A program made the translations under genes and the position numbers. A stretch of 62,721 nt of DNA, counting the filler, from Collodictyon triciliatum (Eukaryota), in assembly GCA_043381765.1 (NCBI GenBank). It is 7 parts of 7 records of this genome, joined end to end, with 100 filler letters (N's around TTAATTAATTAA, not from the genome) between each part and the next. Parts side by side here need not be neighbours in the genome. Positions count along the whole stretch, not along the records: positions 1 to 10,935 come from JBHJMP010002531.1; positions 11,036 to 21,947 come from JBHJMP010002532.1; 5 more parts are not named here. One strand, 5' to 3'. Shown here piece by piece: positions 1 through 12,884 of the stretch. Numbering within the stretch: the first letter of the stretch is position 1; the number at the start of each line of letters is the position of its first letter. The notes under the pieces are model-generated. The model was not told the origin of the DNA, made no database searches, and saw nothing but the letters and a program-made list of their open reading frames with translations.

Positions 1-148
1 AAAAAAAACCAAAAAAAACCAAAAGAAACCAAAAGAAAGCAAAAGAAACCAAAAAAAAAAACCAGAAAAACCAAAAAAACCAAAAAAAACCAAACTATGC
101 TTTCTTCTAGCTTAACAGAGTACCTTTCTTTCCCCGTCAGCCGGATTG

Positions 149-3100
149 ATGGACACCCGTTTATCTGGCGTAACCGGAGGGGACTTCATCCGTTTGATGC
201 ATTCGTTTGTCACAACAAGCGGTTTGTCTACTTTTACTATTAACTTTGTCCTTCTCTTAATACACTTCATGTTTCAATGTGTCCAGGCATAACCTCGCTG
301 CACTTTGAATCGAATAAAGGAAAAAAAATGTTTCAATGTGTCCAGTGTAGTATATGAATACCATTTGCGCTGCTGGCTGATGATTTTTTTTTATTTCAAT
401 GAGCTATTTCTTTAAGCTTTTTGATTTTTATTGCATCCTGACTTTTTTTTTTTTTAACAAAACCTATCACAATAGAGAAGGACCTAACAAACGGGTCAAT
501 CAAGTTTACCGTAAACCCAACATGTCTTTTATACCTAAATGAGCGCTACTCCTTCGAGTTGCAGATGCATACCGATTCCCATGGTAAGAATCAAATCCGA
601 CATACTTCCTTTGTCTTCAATTACTTATACTCTTAATCATTCTCGGAAATTATACCAATTTTTTTTTTTTTGCTATGTCTTCATTAATCAGATGAATTAC
701 TGTATAAACTGTATGTATCTACATATCCATCTGCCTCATGTATATTCTTGGATATGAACACGCTGTCACCCAAATTTTCATTTGATACGACTTCACCAAT
801 TATTTTTTTTTACAATATGAGTTATAAGAGGAATATATTATCTAACCTCAATTATGTGCTACTCACAGATAGACCTTTCGTATTTGAAATCGTCAAAGTC
901 ATGAATCGTGTTCCCTGTGTCAAGGTAGTGTATATCACGAGAAATTACTATCACTTTGGGCACTTTTGAAATATTGAAGGGGTGTGCATTCCCTTCTCGT
1001 CATCAGCCGCATCACTTCTTTGCATATATGTTTTGCATTTAGCCTACCATTCAATACTACCGACACAAATCAAAACGATGCCTAGGGACCCAAATAATTC
1101 ATAGAAACATGTATGCAGGTGGAACCATCAGTGCCTGGAATACCAGATGAATGGCCCTTAAATCTTGGGCTCTTTCACAATATCCGCTCCCTGGAGGTAT
1201 TCAAGGCAGTTCATATAATTTCATTTATTTCATACGACAGATTACGGATGAAATATTTCGTAGTAAAAAATCTATCTTGCTAACATCGCTGTGACAAAAT
1301 TTTTGAGGCGATGGTTTTCAACTTCTGGTTGATTTAATCTAGATATACGAGAGCAATCCCCGCCTAATCCAAGGGCTGAAGAAAACACATAACCAGATCA
1401 GAAAGGTTTGGAAATTAATCCTTCAAATCATATCACTTCTTCCAAACGCATATTAAAATATACATAAGTACTATAGCAGAAAACTTTTTTATTTTCATTA
1501 TGAATATTGCCTCAATTGCATATTCTTCAACATCCTATTGAATTCGCCTTGCTGTTATACTTGAGCAAAACATGAATTTATTTTTATTGTCAATTGTACT
1601 TCCAACCTTTTATGTGGCGCTAATATATGAACCTGACTCAGCTTGTGTGTCGAGGAGGACTGAGCTCGTTGTCGGATGTCATCATCGGTTCATTATCAGA
1701 TACGTACGATTCATCATCTCTGTCGCCAAAAACATGGTCAAAACTAATATGGCTGGACTGCTCTTGGAACCAATTAACCGGCATGGACACCAGCCTAGTT
1801 ATTTTTCGATCACATTAGTTTTCTACTCACTATATATCCATTTTTCATACGATTTTACTGCTTACATATCGTTTAGAATTTTTTTATTTTATTTCCTTTT
1901 TTCCCATAATTTTGTCCACTGATAGAATAAATTCTGCCCATTCGACGTCATAATAACACATGATTGTTACTTGGTGTAGAAGCTACTCCATTCCGTGCAA
2001 TACCTGAATTTAAGCCACAATAACCTCAGCAAAATCAGCAACGTTGATGAGTGCTATGATTTGTCTAGAATCGATCTATCATTCAACCAAATTACATCTG
2101 TCAGCGACATATTCCGGTTGATAGGCTGCATTAGTCATCTCAGCTTGAATTCGAATAGAATATCATCAACCATGGGAATTGAAAGGCTTCCCGCTCTTGT
2201 GGTAGTAGTTATGCCGATTTTTTTTTCAATACTCTAGCATTCACCAAATATTTTCTCGCACTCTATTTAACCAACCATCTGGCTCTTACATTCGTCACAT
2301 ATGTATTACTTATTTGGTGATTAATTTTTAATCGTATCAATTTGCACTTTAGAAACTGGACCTAGGGAATAATCTGATATCTGAATTTGCTGAAATCGAG
2401 CGTTTGAAGAGGCTGCCTTTGCTTGTTCATATCCGACTTGACGGAAATCCGATTTCAAAACGTCCAAATTATCGATTGAAGATACTCTCCATCTTCCTTG
2501 AAAGAATTGGGGTTTGATTTATCTTTCACTCTATTTTGTATTTTGTCTCATAATTTGGGACACTACACAGTGTGCCATCTTAAATCTGTAACCATATTCT
2601 TTTAAAAATAACACTCCGCTTATACAGTTTATCTTGGACGGACTTCCAGCAACTGATGAAGAGCTGGAAAAGATGTCCATACCTGGCCATAGGAAAAAGG
2701 TAACATCTAATGACATGCTGTGTTTACGGTAGTGATAACAGTGATGGCGTCGCTATTCTTCCTGTGTTGGTGTTACAAACTTAATCCTCTCAGGTGCCCA
2801 AAAAGAGGTTGGTCGATATAGCAGACGGCAGTATTTCGCCCACTAAAGACGAACAGTTAACATTTAATCATTCTGAAGCTGGTAGGTATTGAAGAAATAC
2901 AGCTTCATAATATCATTTGCAAGGGAGTTGTTCTTGGCCCCTCTTTTATTTATATGTCTGAGACAAACAAAACAAAACAAAACAAAACAAAACAAAACAA
3001 AACAAAACAAAACAAAACAAAACAAAACAAAACAAAACAAAACAAAACAAAACAAAACAAAACAAAACAAAACAAAAAAATGGGTTCAGTTTTCTTATTT

Positions 3101-6100
3101 ATTTATATTGTACCAATTCCTTCATGTATGTTGGACAATGCTGTAAATCAATAAATTAAAAATATTGTTAAGATTTTTATTTTGTGATACCAGCTTTGGG
3201 ACTCGCTGCTAAGCTAGAAAGAATTAAGCAAGAAGCAGGACGCAACTGGCTTCTTTTATACAACCAAACAGAAGACAATATTTCTGAAGAGCCTAAAATA
3301 AGCTTCAAAGCAGAGGATTTATCTCGAACTTTGTCCAATATGTTTGTGCATATTCCCATCGGAATGAGCATCTTTTAAATGAAAGCCTTCATGCCAAATT
3401 TTTTCCAGCTTCGTAGATAGGTTACAAATATAAAGTATGTTTAAATTTAAATCTAGACACGAGACACAGCTTGAGGATATGTGTTCTGTGAATTCAGATC
3501 ACTTACCAGGACAGGGCTCATCCTATGCAATGCCAGAGTTATTTGCATCGACTAAACCCGGACAGCTTCAATCTTATTCTCCCCCTAATGTAGTCCCTGA
3601 AAAAAGTACAAACTATAAAAACGGTGATCAACGAAGTGTAATACCAAATGAAAAGATTTATTCGCCACCTTCTCAAAGCTGTCGCGTATGGGATGTTGAT
3701 CTATCGTGAGTTTTACCAATTTCTGTCCATTTTCCACGTCTTTATATTTGTAACTGTAGGAGTAGCCCTATCAATAATAATAGCAGAAGAAATCCACATA
3801 TTTTCAAATTCACCTACTTAATATATCTTATTCCTTTGAATTTATGTGTTGTAAGTGGTTGGCCAAAGAATGCGTGCATCAACACGCACTGTTAAATAAA
3901 TGAATACTTAATTTATCAAAGACACCCACTACTCTGAATTTAATTTAATTTAATTTATTTTATTTGATTTCGGTATTATTGTAGGGATACCTTTAAGTTT
4001 AAAGTCAAGACCAAAGAAGGCAAAGTCCATTCAATAACAATATCAGACCATACACTATTGGAGACGGATTCAAACGATAGGGTTGTTTGTCGGAAAAGAG
4101 ACTTTAAAAATCTTCTCAACTCTTACAGAGATCCAGGTTCTTATTTCCGAATTGTTAATCATATTTCATCACATAATAGATTTTGTCTTGCGAATGTATC
4201 ATACTAAGAAAGCTCTTTTTTTTTTTTTTTGCAACATTCTGTTTTTTTTTTTCTTTTCCATTTGGGTATCATAGATAATCGACTTACTTATGTTATGGAG
4301 TTCGTTATGCCCGAGTTAAATTTCCCCAAAAGCGGGAGTCTCAATGTTGATATTGTTCGTTATGAGCTCGAAAATGACCAAAGCGTAGAAAGGCTTCATC
4401 AAATTATGCAAAATTGGCAAACAAGGATTGATTTCTCTAGGTTTTCATTCTGTAGAAGATATACAGCCGCGTCCTCGTTTTGTATTATTTCCTGTCCAGC
4501 TTTTTTTTCTTCACCCAATCCTTTATTTTGCTCATATTTGCAAAACAAAAACAAAATCGTAATTTAAATGCTAAAACAGGGTTATGAGCAACCGTGGAGT
4601 GAGAAAACCAACGGAATTAAAGTATAGCAACTTGTTGTCTATTTCCCTTTTGCATCTATTTCTTCAAAATTTATATATACATATACATGATATTCCTCAT
4701 GCCATACTCACGCAGCTCATTTAGTGATTATTTATTGAAATAGCACAACATTTGTCCTTGAGAACGAGTCCTGCCTCCCGCCTTTTCCCTCCCCATGCAG
4801 TCCAACACTATTTGACCTTTGCTCCCCCAGTCAGCGCATAAAAACTTCCAACCTCCCCTCCACCAAAGAGGTTGATGAAAAATCAGAGCCTCGTCCTGGT
4901 TCTGGGGATGTGCGAGACTTGGAAAGTACAAAATCTGCAAGGTTGCATCCTATTTCACCCCACACCAAAATACAGATACGAGAGCAGAATTTGCTTCAGA
5001 CCAAATTGCTTGGAAAATTATCGATATAGTAATGAACTTACCACATATTTTATTTCTTGAAGTGACAAAAGGAGTAGTCGAAGCATGAACTATACACACC
5101 TCTCCAGCGATGATTCTGACCACTCCAGTGATGCCGATGAAATTCAGGAGAAGATCCAAGAAAAAGAAACCAAAGCAGAAGTTGAATCCAGTCAAAAGAC
5201 TGAATCTTCTAACACAATCAAGGAAGCCGCCCACGAGAAAATGGACTCGAAGTTGGATGCTTTCTTTCGAATCCAAATACTGAAAGGGCGAATCGATAAG
5301 TGCAAGTTTTACATGAGTTGCTCGTACGTGAAATACGGAGAGCGGTGGAGTGATGAAAAGTATGTTTTTGAAGCTCTATAAATCGTATGGGTACTAATAA
5401 ATGCAAAATTTTCGAATATTACACAAGTTCCTGAACTAATATCATGCTTACTTGCAACATACACTTAAAACAAATACTCAGATTAGCTCATGTATGCGTA
5501 ATGGACTCAAATATCTACATAATCAAAGACAAGACATCTTCCAAAGGTTCAACATTGGCAATATCATTTACACATGCAGCCGAAATGAACAATACCAAAC
5601 TATATAATCATAAAAATTTTTTTTATTAGGCTACGAGATATGCGCCACAATTTCTAAAAGTCAAATCAAGCGTTTGGGAATAGGTGCAGCGGGCCAGAAG
5701 ATAAGGTGATGTGACTTTATCGTCTTATCCTTTTCTTTCTTCCTTTTTTTTTTTATCCTTTTCCACTTTCCTTTTTCTATTTCTTTTCTTTCTTTTCTTT
5801 CTTTTCTTTCTTTTCTTTCTTTTCTTTCTTTTCTTTCTTTTCTTTCTTTTCTTTCTTTTCTTTCTTTTCTTTCTTTTCTTTCTTTTCTTTCTATTCTTTC
5901 TTTTCTTTCTTTTCTTTCTTTTCTTTCTTTACTTTGTGATACTAATACACGCAAAGCCACCGTCACATCCTTTCCTGCCTCTTAACCATGAAATAAATCA
6001 AAGGATTTCCGCCATGAAATCATAAATATATCGGCTCACAATATCATACAAGTAATATGTGTTTCATAGGCTGGAGACAGGACCAACCGCACACATTCTT

Positions 6101-7365
6101 TTGGTAAGAGACCGATCAAAGACAGACCGTTTCATCGACTTTACCACCATGATATGGGCATCAAAGTCATCTCCAACACTTGGTTTCGACATATATTATT
6201 ATGAAATAGACACACACTCGTCCCTCAGCGAGGTAAGCATGTCAGCTAGATTTGAATCGTTCACTGTGCGTTATGGAAATGTTATTTTGCTCTAAATCGG
6301 TTAACAGCCAGAATCAGAATTCTCTATCATTATATTCGACACGATTCTTAAACATTAATTTTGCTTAGTATTCGTGTACAAATTATTCCTCAGAAGAGAT
6401 GTATCTGTATAAAATCTAATCGAATTAAAATAAACATAGTTGATCGAAAAAATCGAAGGGGATGATGCTGTTGCAAACTTCCACTTGATGGTATATCAAA
6501 TATGCGATAAGGAAAGCGACTTGACGTGCCCATGCAAACATGGTAAAATAAAAGAAATAGAATATATACCACTTTTTCACCATCCTGCACAAAACTGAAA
6601 GGAAGAATAAAAAAAAAAAAAGAATATATACCACTTTCATGCTTTTCTTCTTTGGTCTACGTCTTTCCACATCCTGTATGGTTCATCAGGTATCATATCG
6701 ACTTAAACCTTTTACAGATACTAGACCCGCCCTACCACGCTCCGTCATTATCACAGATGAACGCATTTACTTGTTGGTTGATGACTATCTCAAATGGCCT
6801 GTCCTGCCAGGAGGAAGTATTCCCAACACGCCCCAATATCGTTGTGACAAATGGAATAGAATAAGGGAAATCACTTATGTTGTGAGTGACCACACAAAGC
6901 CAACAATTTGACTCTATAATACATCTGCTGTGTCGAATTGCGCATCAAACATATCTTTATTGTGAAAAATTAGCTTGAAATAGAAATAGAAATAGAAATA
7001 GAAATAGAAATAGAAATAGAAATAGAAATAGAAATAGAAATAGAAATAGAAATAGAAATAGAAATAGAAATAGAAATAGAAATATATATAAAAAAGATAA
7101 TCAATCAAATCTCAGAATCGTCTAGAAATTAGCTTCTCCTTTATCATAATGTTCCCCTCATTCAATTTATTCATCATTCAAATACCGCCAGGAACTGTTT
7201 GCAGAAACTGGGTGCCAAGTCTTCTTTGAGTCCGATGACGACGGAGCAGAATCCTCATGGCAGATTGTGTGCGCAAGCAACTATTCCCGCCATACACTAA
7301 TCGAAAGAATGTCTGTAAAATGGAAATCTCTGTTCAAGGTTGACCTCCGTGTTGTCTATCGATAA
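149..7365 (+). CDS. STK11IP/LIP1-nischarin-like leucine-rich repeat protein, about 20 exons
   Basis: GT-AG spliced exons give MDTRLSGVTGGDFIRLMHSFV...FTVNPTCLLYL, WSKLIWLDCSWNQL, LRRs (YLNLSHNNLSKI, RIDLSFNQITSV, KLDLGNNLISEF, IRLDGNPISKRPNYR LRR cap), PRSVIITDERIYLL, and a last exon ending KWKSLFKVDLRVVYR-TAA(7363-7365). The start may be an internal exon. Confidence 0.75.
269..345 (+). mobile_element. 5'-truncated poly(A) retroposon insertion (family A) with 18-bp TSD, in intron 1
   Basis: ATGTTTCAATGTGTCCAG at 269-286 and 328-345 flanks a 41-nt insert ending TTTGAATCGAATAAAGG(A)n. The same tail recurs at 40507-40529. Confidence 0.8.
2965..3076. repeat. (AAAAC)n microsatellite, intronic
   Basis: Direct inspection. 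Confidence 0.95.
5781..5930. repeat. (TTTTCTTTC)n 9-mer repeat, intronic
   Basis: Direct inspection. Confidence 0.95.
6559..6637 (+). mobile_element. 5'-truncated LINE 3' end (family B) with 17-bp TSD, intronic
   Basis: AGAATATATACCACTTT at 6559-6575 and 6621-6637 flanks TTCACCATCCTGCACAAAACTGAAAGGAAGAATA(A)n. CACCATCCTGCACAAAA also occurs at the 3' end of the LINE fragment (minus strand, 25105-25121). Confidence 0.8.
6977..7084. repeat. (GAAATA)n microsatellite, intronic
   Basis: Direct inspection. Confidence 0.95.
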
Positions 7366-8304
7366 CGCGCGGTTGTCAAAGGGATGATACGTACGACAGC
7401 AAACGAAATATCAATAATTTATGTAAACACATTATAGAATGCGTATCTGGTTTACTCTTTTCTCTTTATTTCTCCCCCCTTTTTCATTTACCATCTTGTC
7501 AGAGCCCACCTTTACTTTGTCGACTAATTTTTTTATTCTCTGGGTGGAGATTTCACTAACCATATAAATCCATCACATTATCCAACACGTTCAACGCAGA
7601 ACCTTTTTAGTACAGAGAAAAAAAAAAACTACAACTATCCTTCCCTCAGACTTTGTAATTGGCACGGATTAGCGCCGCACCTTATCTATCTATGTAAACA
7701 TATTCACAACTGCACGAACGGTTTTATTCCCATGGTAAATCTCTCGTTGGGGATGTGGGGTAAATACAATAGAAAAATCATGATGTTTCGGTCGCAAGAG
7801 GTTGCATCATTTCCCCTATTCATACTTATGAGCAGCAAGAGGTAGTTGAAGCACTATCCGTTGAATTGCCACACTCAATTACTCATGTGAATTTAGTTTT
7901 TGAATATCTACGGTTGTAACACTCTTAAAGAGATACGGTGGCGTTGATTATAGCATTTGTGCGTCTTATAGCTACTCAACTGTTTTCTTTTCTTCTCTGG
8001 ACACACTCATTGCCCGGATGCTTTGGCCATGTAGCTCCTTTATTAAAAGATTCTTTAGCATTCGCGGACTACATTCTTTTTGCTATCGCAATAGAACTGT
8101 GATATTTCACACTCGCCAACAACTCATCTTTCCGTGGCGGTTCAACTTTTTTTTTTTTTGAAAACTGAGTTTTCATTTTTGGCAGGATATTATGTGCATG
8201 ATTCCTGTTCTAGTACTCGTGGGTGGACTATACTGTTTCCTTATAAATCTTGACTTTGTTCAAAAGCACATCGCCACTTTTGTACGCACAAACAATACTA
8301 CTTG

Positions 8305-8305
<1 letters not shown>

Positions 8306-8402
<97 letters not shown>

Positions 8403-8433
8403 TGTTGTTATTGTTATTATTATTATTATTATT
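8306..8433. repeat. (TTA)n microsatellite
   Basis: Direct inspection. Confidence 0.95.
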
Positions 8434-10849
8434 CAACTAGAAGCAATCTACTCTGACATGTTTGAGATAGCTCATAACTACACTTTATTGGTGGCGTTGT
8501 TAGACCTCACGGATGTATTCAAATTGATTTGTATATCTATTCGGATGAAAGGGGACATTCGAGGCAACTCTCTTGTTGCAACTTTTTTTTGAAGCAACCC
8601 GGCACACGCAATCATCAGCCTACCATTCGCATCCTACAACACACTGATTTATAAATATCCGTGTGAATAACAGACTTTTTACCGAATTCCCTGTCATTGT
8701 GGATTTCTGAATAGCTTCCTTGTCATAATCTCGAATTCTAATAAAATTCATTGCCCTTCAATTGAGCCGAAGAATCTTGGATTCTAATTTGTTGAATCCT
8801 AATCATCTTGAGCAGTCATCTCTCAGTGTATGAGATTTATCACCTATTATCACCATTTGTTAATGTCTCCCCAAACATTCGAAAACGATGCAAAACATCA
8901 CTATTCTTATCTATCTAAAAAAAAAAAGAAAAAAAGTAATGCTCCTGAGCGTTGCCCAGATTATCCATTTAATCATACTCTACTTAAGCAAACAAAGGTT
9001 AATAGTTTACCCCACCATCATAATTAATTCCATTAAGATAGTTTCTTTGGAGGAATCTCGTTTCACTCACCGCGTACTTTCAATTAAAAAAAAGTTGGCA
9101 TTTTAGCGTGTCAGATTAGGCCTTAAAAAAAAAAAAGAGTATCTTATTTCGTTTCATACTATCATCCCAATTTTTTTTTTATATTTCATCACGCGGGCAT
9201 CATCTTATTCAGAGTATTGCCGCATAACATGATAAAACATCATCAAGGCGAGCTATTTTTCTCAAATTTTATTTTTGGTTTCTCCACTTATCGTCGCTGT
9301 GGAACATGAATAACCGACCCAGAAAGAGATGGCATGATATTTCTTTGTTTAAATATAGACAGAAGAGAAGAACGAAAACTCAGGAGACATTAAACTTTCA
9401 TCCGTGCAGTTCGTAAATCAGTTGAAGCGCCTGCTTCCACACATGCTAGTATTGATTGTGTGTTTTTTTCTTTTTCTTTCTTCACGGTACTTTCTTTCCA
9501 CATGTCACTTAGCCAACTCGCACATATATTTTGTAAAGTTTGTTAAATCACATATGGCACTTAGGCTGCGGGGCTCTGGTTTGTTGATATCAAATATATA
9601 TTAATACTGATATATATTCGATATCATTTGTGGAAAGAGTACAGAGGGCAAGAAAAGATTGAAAACTTCAGAAAAGAAGGGAAAAGATTACAACAACTAC
9701 CTGGCGTGCGCCTTCTGTGGCTGATGTCATTACGACATTGCAGAGGAAAGAGAGGAAGCAGATCAAATTCATTCTGAATCGCACTCAGCGATTGTTTTGT
9801 TTCACTGCCACATTCATTTATTGGCACACATATTTGTTAGAGGGCGTCAGTCTGGCTGATGAGAACAAAAGCAAGTCATTTTGATACATGATTGGTGAAG
9901 GAATTCTCCATATCCAGACCCGAATCGTTTAGAATAAAAAAAAAAGAAAAAAAGATTCATCTATTCAAAAAAATGTACAAATATGAATCAAAGCCACACA
10001 TTCTGTATAGCGTTTTCTTGATAACTTTCATAATATATAAGGTAATTTTTACCCCTCAGTACCTAATTTGCATACCACATTATACAAAGTTATCAAGAAA
10101 AACAAGTAAAAAGTTTCGGTAATTAGGATTGCGTGCAAACGGGAAAATGCCGCTTTATTTTTGCCCTTTGTGGGGATAATATGTTCAAATATGCATCGAC
10201 ATATTACTGATAAATCTACATGCATGATATGAGAAAATAAAGATAAAGATAAAAAGACGACGCTCGGCAAAAACTCCACCTTGTGATGGTCTATTTGTAC
10301 ATATCCAAAATTGCATCACGAGAAGCTTCAACTCTGCATGACTGGCATATATCACTGAATACCGAACGGAGCTCCTGGTCAGCGTAGTTCACAAACGGTG
10401 CTGATGACAGCCTGAATCAAGCGTTGCACATCAGAAAAAGACAAATAAACGGCACGACAGGCGAGTCCACGACTGAAATAATTGCAGGATGCAACGCTGT
10501 GTTGAATTAGCATGTTACCAAACAATATGGTCTTGCATGAAGGCAACATAGGCTTGTGCAGACTGGTGTATGTAGATGGTTGCGTCCTTCACGAAGAGAT
10601 GCAACACACACGATAAAGATTTCATGTTAATTATGAGACGTTGTAACTTCAAACGATACATGAAATGAAGGGCCAAAAAAAAAAGAGTGAATACTTAATT
10701 AAAGATTAACCTGTGGTTTTTCTGGGACCTGGAAAAGCACAAATCCTAGGTAGTTTGCAGCTAACTGATTATCAGTCAGATAGGTCAAGTTAGTTGCTAT
10801 TACCCCCTTTTTTTTTTAAAACAAAAACAACAACAACAAAAAAAAAAAA

Positions 10850-10935
<86 letters not shown>

Positions 10936-11035
10936 NNNNNNNNNNNNNNNNNNNNNNNNNNNNNNNNNNNNNNNNNNNNTTAATTAATTAANNNNNNNNN
11001 NNNNNNNNNNNNNNNNNNNNNNNNNNNNNNNNNNN
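10936..11035. other. Artificial contig linker N-TTAATTAATTAA-N
   Basis: A six-frame-stop 12-mer embedded in Ns. Identical linkers occur at 21948-22047, 32949-33048, 43841-43940, 54838-54937 and 59130-59229. Confidence 0.97.
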
Positions 11036-12884
11036 TTCTCTTTTTCTTTCTCTTTTTCTTTCTCTTTTTCTTTCTCTTTTTCTTTCTCTTTTTCTTTCTC
11101 TTTTTCTTTCTCTTTTTCTTTATCTTTCTCTTTTTCTTTTTCTTTTTCTTTTTTCTTTACACTTACATGTTTTTATAATACCAACTCAGATTGACCCAGT
11201 AGAATTCGCCTTATTCGAGCTGAGGCTCTTGGAGAATATTCAAATATACAACCAGAGAACGAGTACTCTTTTCGGACCACTTTTCAGCTGAATCAGGCCA
11301 AGGATAGGTTTGTTCAGAATCCGAATATTTTCGTATTAGTTTGACTGAAGCGGGCTTTTAACACATCAAGTGAAACAGCAAAAGACGTGTAAATTTTCTT
11401 TCTGGAAAAGTAACCTGTTCGCAGCTAATCCATGTTTTTATCTTTCCTTTGTCGCTCTAGCAAACAAATCAGTGGCATATCAGGCCAATCAAATATAATA
11501 CAGAGGGCACCTGTGGCGTCCAGATTCAGTTAGCTTCCTACTACATCCTTCAATGTGTCTGATGGTTTTACTCTTAATGTTCCAAAGAAAAATTATCCGT
11601 GTCCTAATGTATTTATTTATTTATTTCATTACAATTTGCCCTTACGGCCAAGGTTCATCGAAAGATTCGTTGTTCGCATCGGGTTCTGAGCCACGGTCTG
11701 GCGCACCCTCAAAAGCCTTGAAAGAGAACGACTCACAACAGAAATCAGTTGAAGGTATGAATCATGCAATATATTTGATGTCTTTCTTTTTTTCGATATA
11801 TTAAGGTATGTTTCTGTCCGACTTCAGACTCCAGAACCCACGCTGCTGTTGGTGGCCTTACATCCCTCTTTGCGACCGCTCAGAAGTCAACTTCATCGCT
11901 TTTTTCAACACTGACTTCAGCAGGCAATGTCGGTGGTAACTATGTCGCTCAGCGTTGGACGACCAGCAAATAATTTTCTCCCACTCTCGCATCCTTTTCT
12001 GCTCCGCATCTTCACTCATACAGAATGAATGAAATAAAGATTAACAAAGAAATACAACGCGGTGGAGAAAAAATCCAAGTATAAAGAGCCAAAGTCAGGA
12101 AACTGGGGTGATTTTTGGCATTAACTTGTTTTATTTGGGAAAACGTGGCAATCACACTCATCATTATTGTAATAAATCACTCTTCAATCAGCTCCCTTTA
12201 TTTTTTTCCCTGATTTTCATCAGAGTGATGGGATTGCAAAATATATAGCAAAACAAATGTACTCTGCGCTTGCGGCCTAACAAACGAATCGGATTCTCCA
12301 CACAACTCATTTCGGCCCAGAGAAAACCATTTCAATGTGTTTGTGAATTTGACTGAAGTCTCTGTTTGGGAAAAAGAAGGGTTAGCGATACAGAGTCTAA
12401 AACTACTCATTCAACCACAGGCCCAGAAGCGTGTTGTGTTCGGCATCTGTCAAAAATCAAATTATTTTCTCCACTGACTTGGCTTGTCATTCATAGTCCT
12501 CTCCATTGCACCTCTATAGCCTCGCTGTGGTGATTCTTGTCAATGCTTTTTTATGTTTGCTTTGGGAGACCTTTGTCAGCGGTGTTCGATGGTATGAAAG
12601 CAAGCACATCCTTGTGCAAATGAGTAGCATTACCATTCACACAGCCAAGAAGCATCACAGTTTGCAATTCTTATCCGAAAATTCGGCGCTCAAAGAAAAC
12701 AATATAAGAAAATCAGAGTAAGAGCAAAAATAAAAATAAAAGAGAATCAGAGTAAAAATAAAAATCAAAGAAAAGAATAGAAAAGAAAGTGAACTCGAAT
12801 GCAAGGCCCGTAGAACCAAAAAAAATCAGTAGGAGCATCACAAAAAGGGATGCTAAGGGATGGGTGATATCTTCCCTGGCAGCG

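Noticed and set aside
10980-10991. TTAATTAATTAA as a biological palindrome or recombination site
   Set aside because: Always embedded in fixed-length N runs, so it is an assembly linker.
11167-12019. Possible minus-strand gene fragments
   Set aside because: No consistent exon chain or recognisable motif could be assembled.
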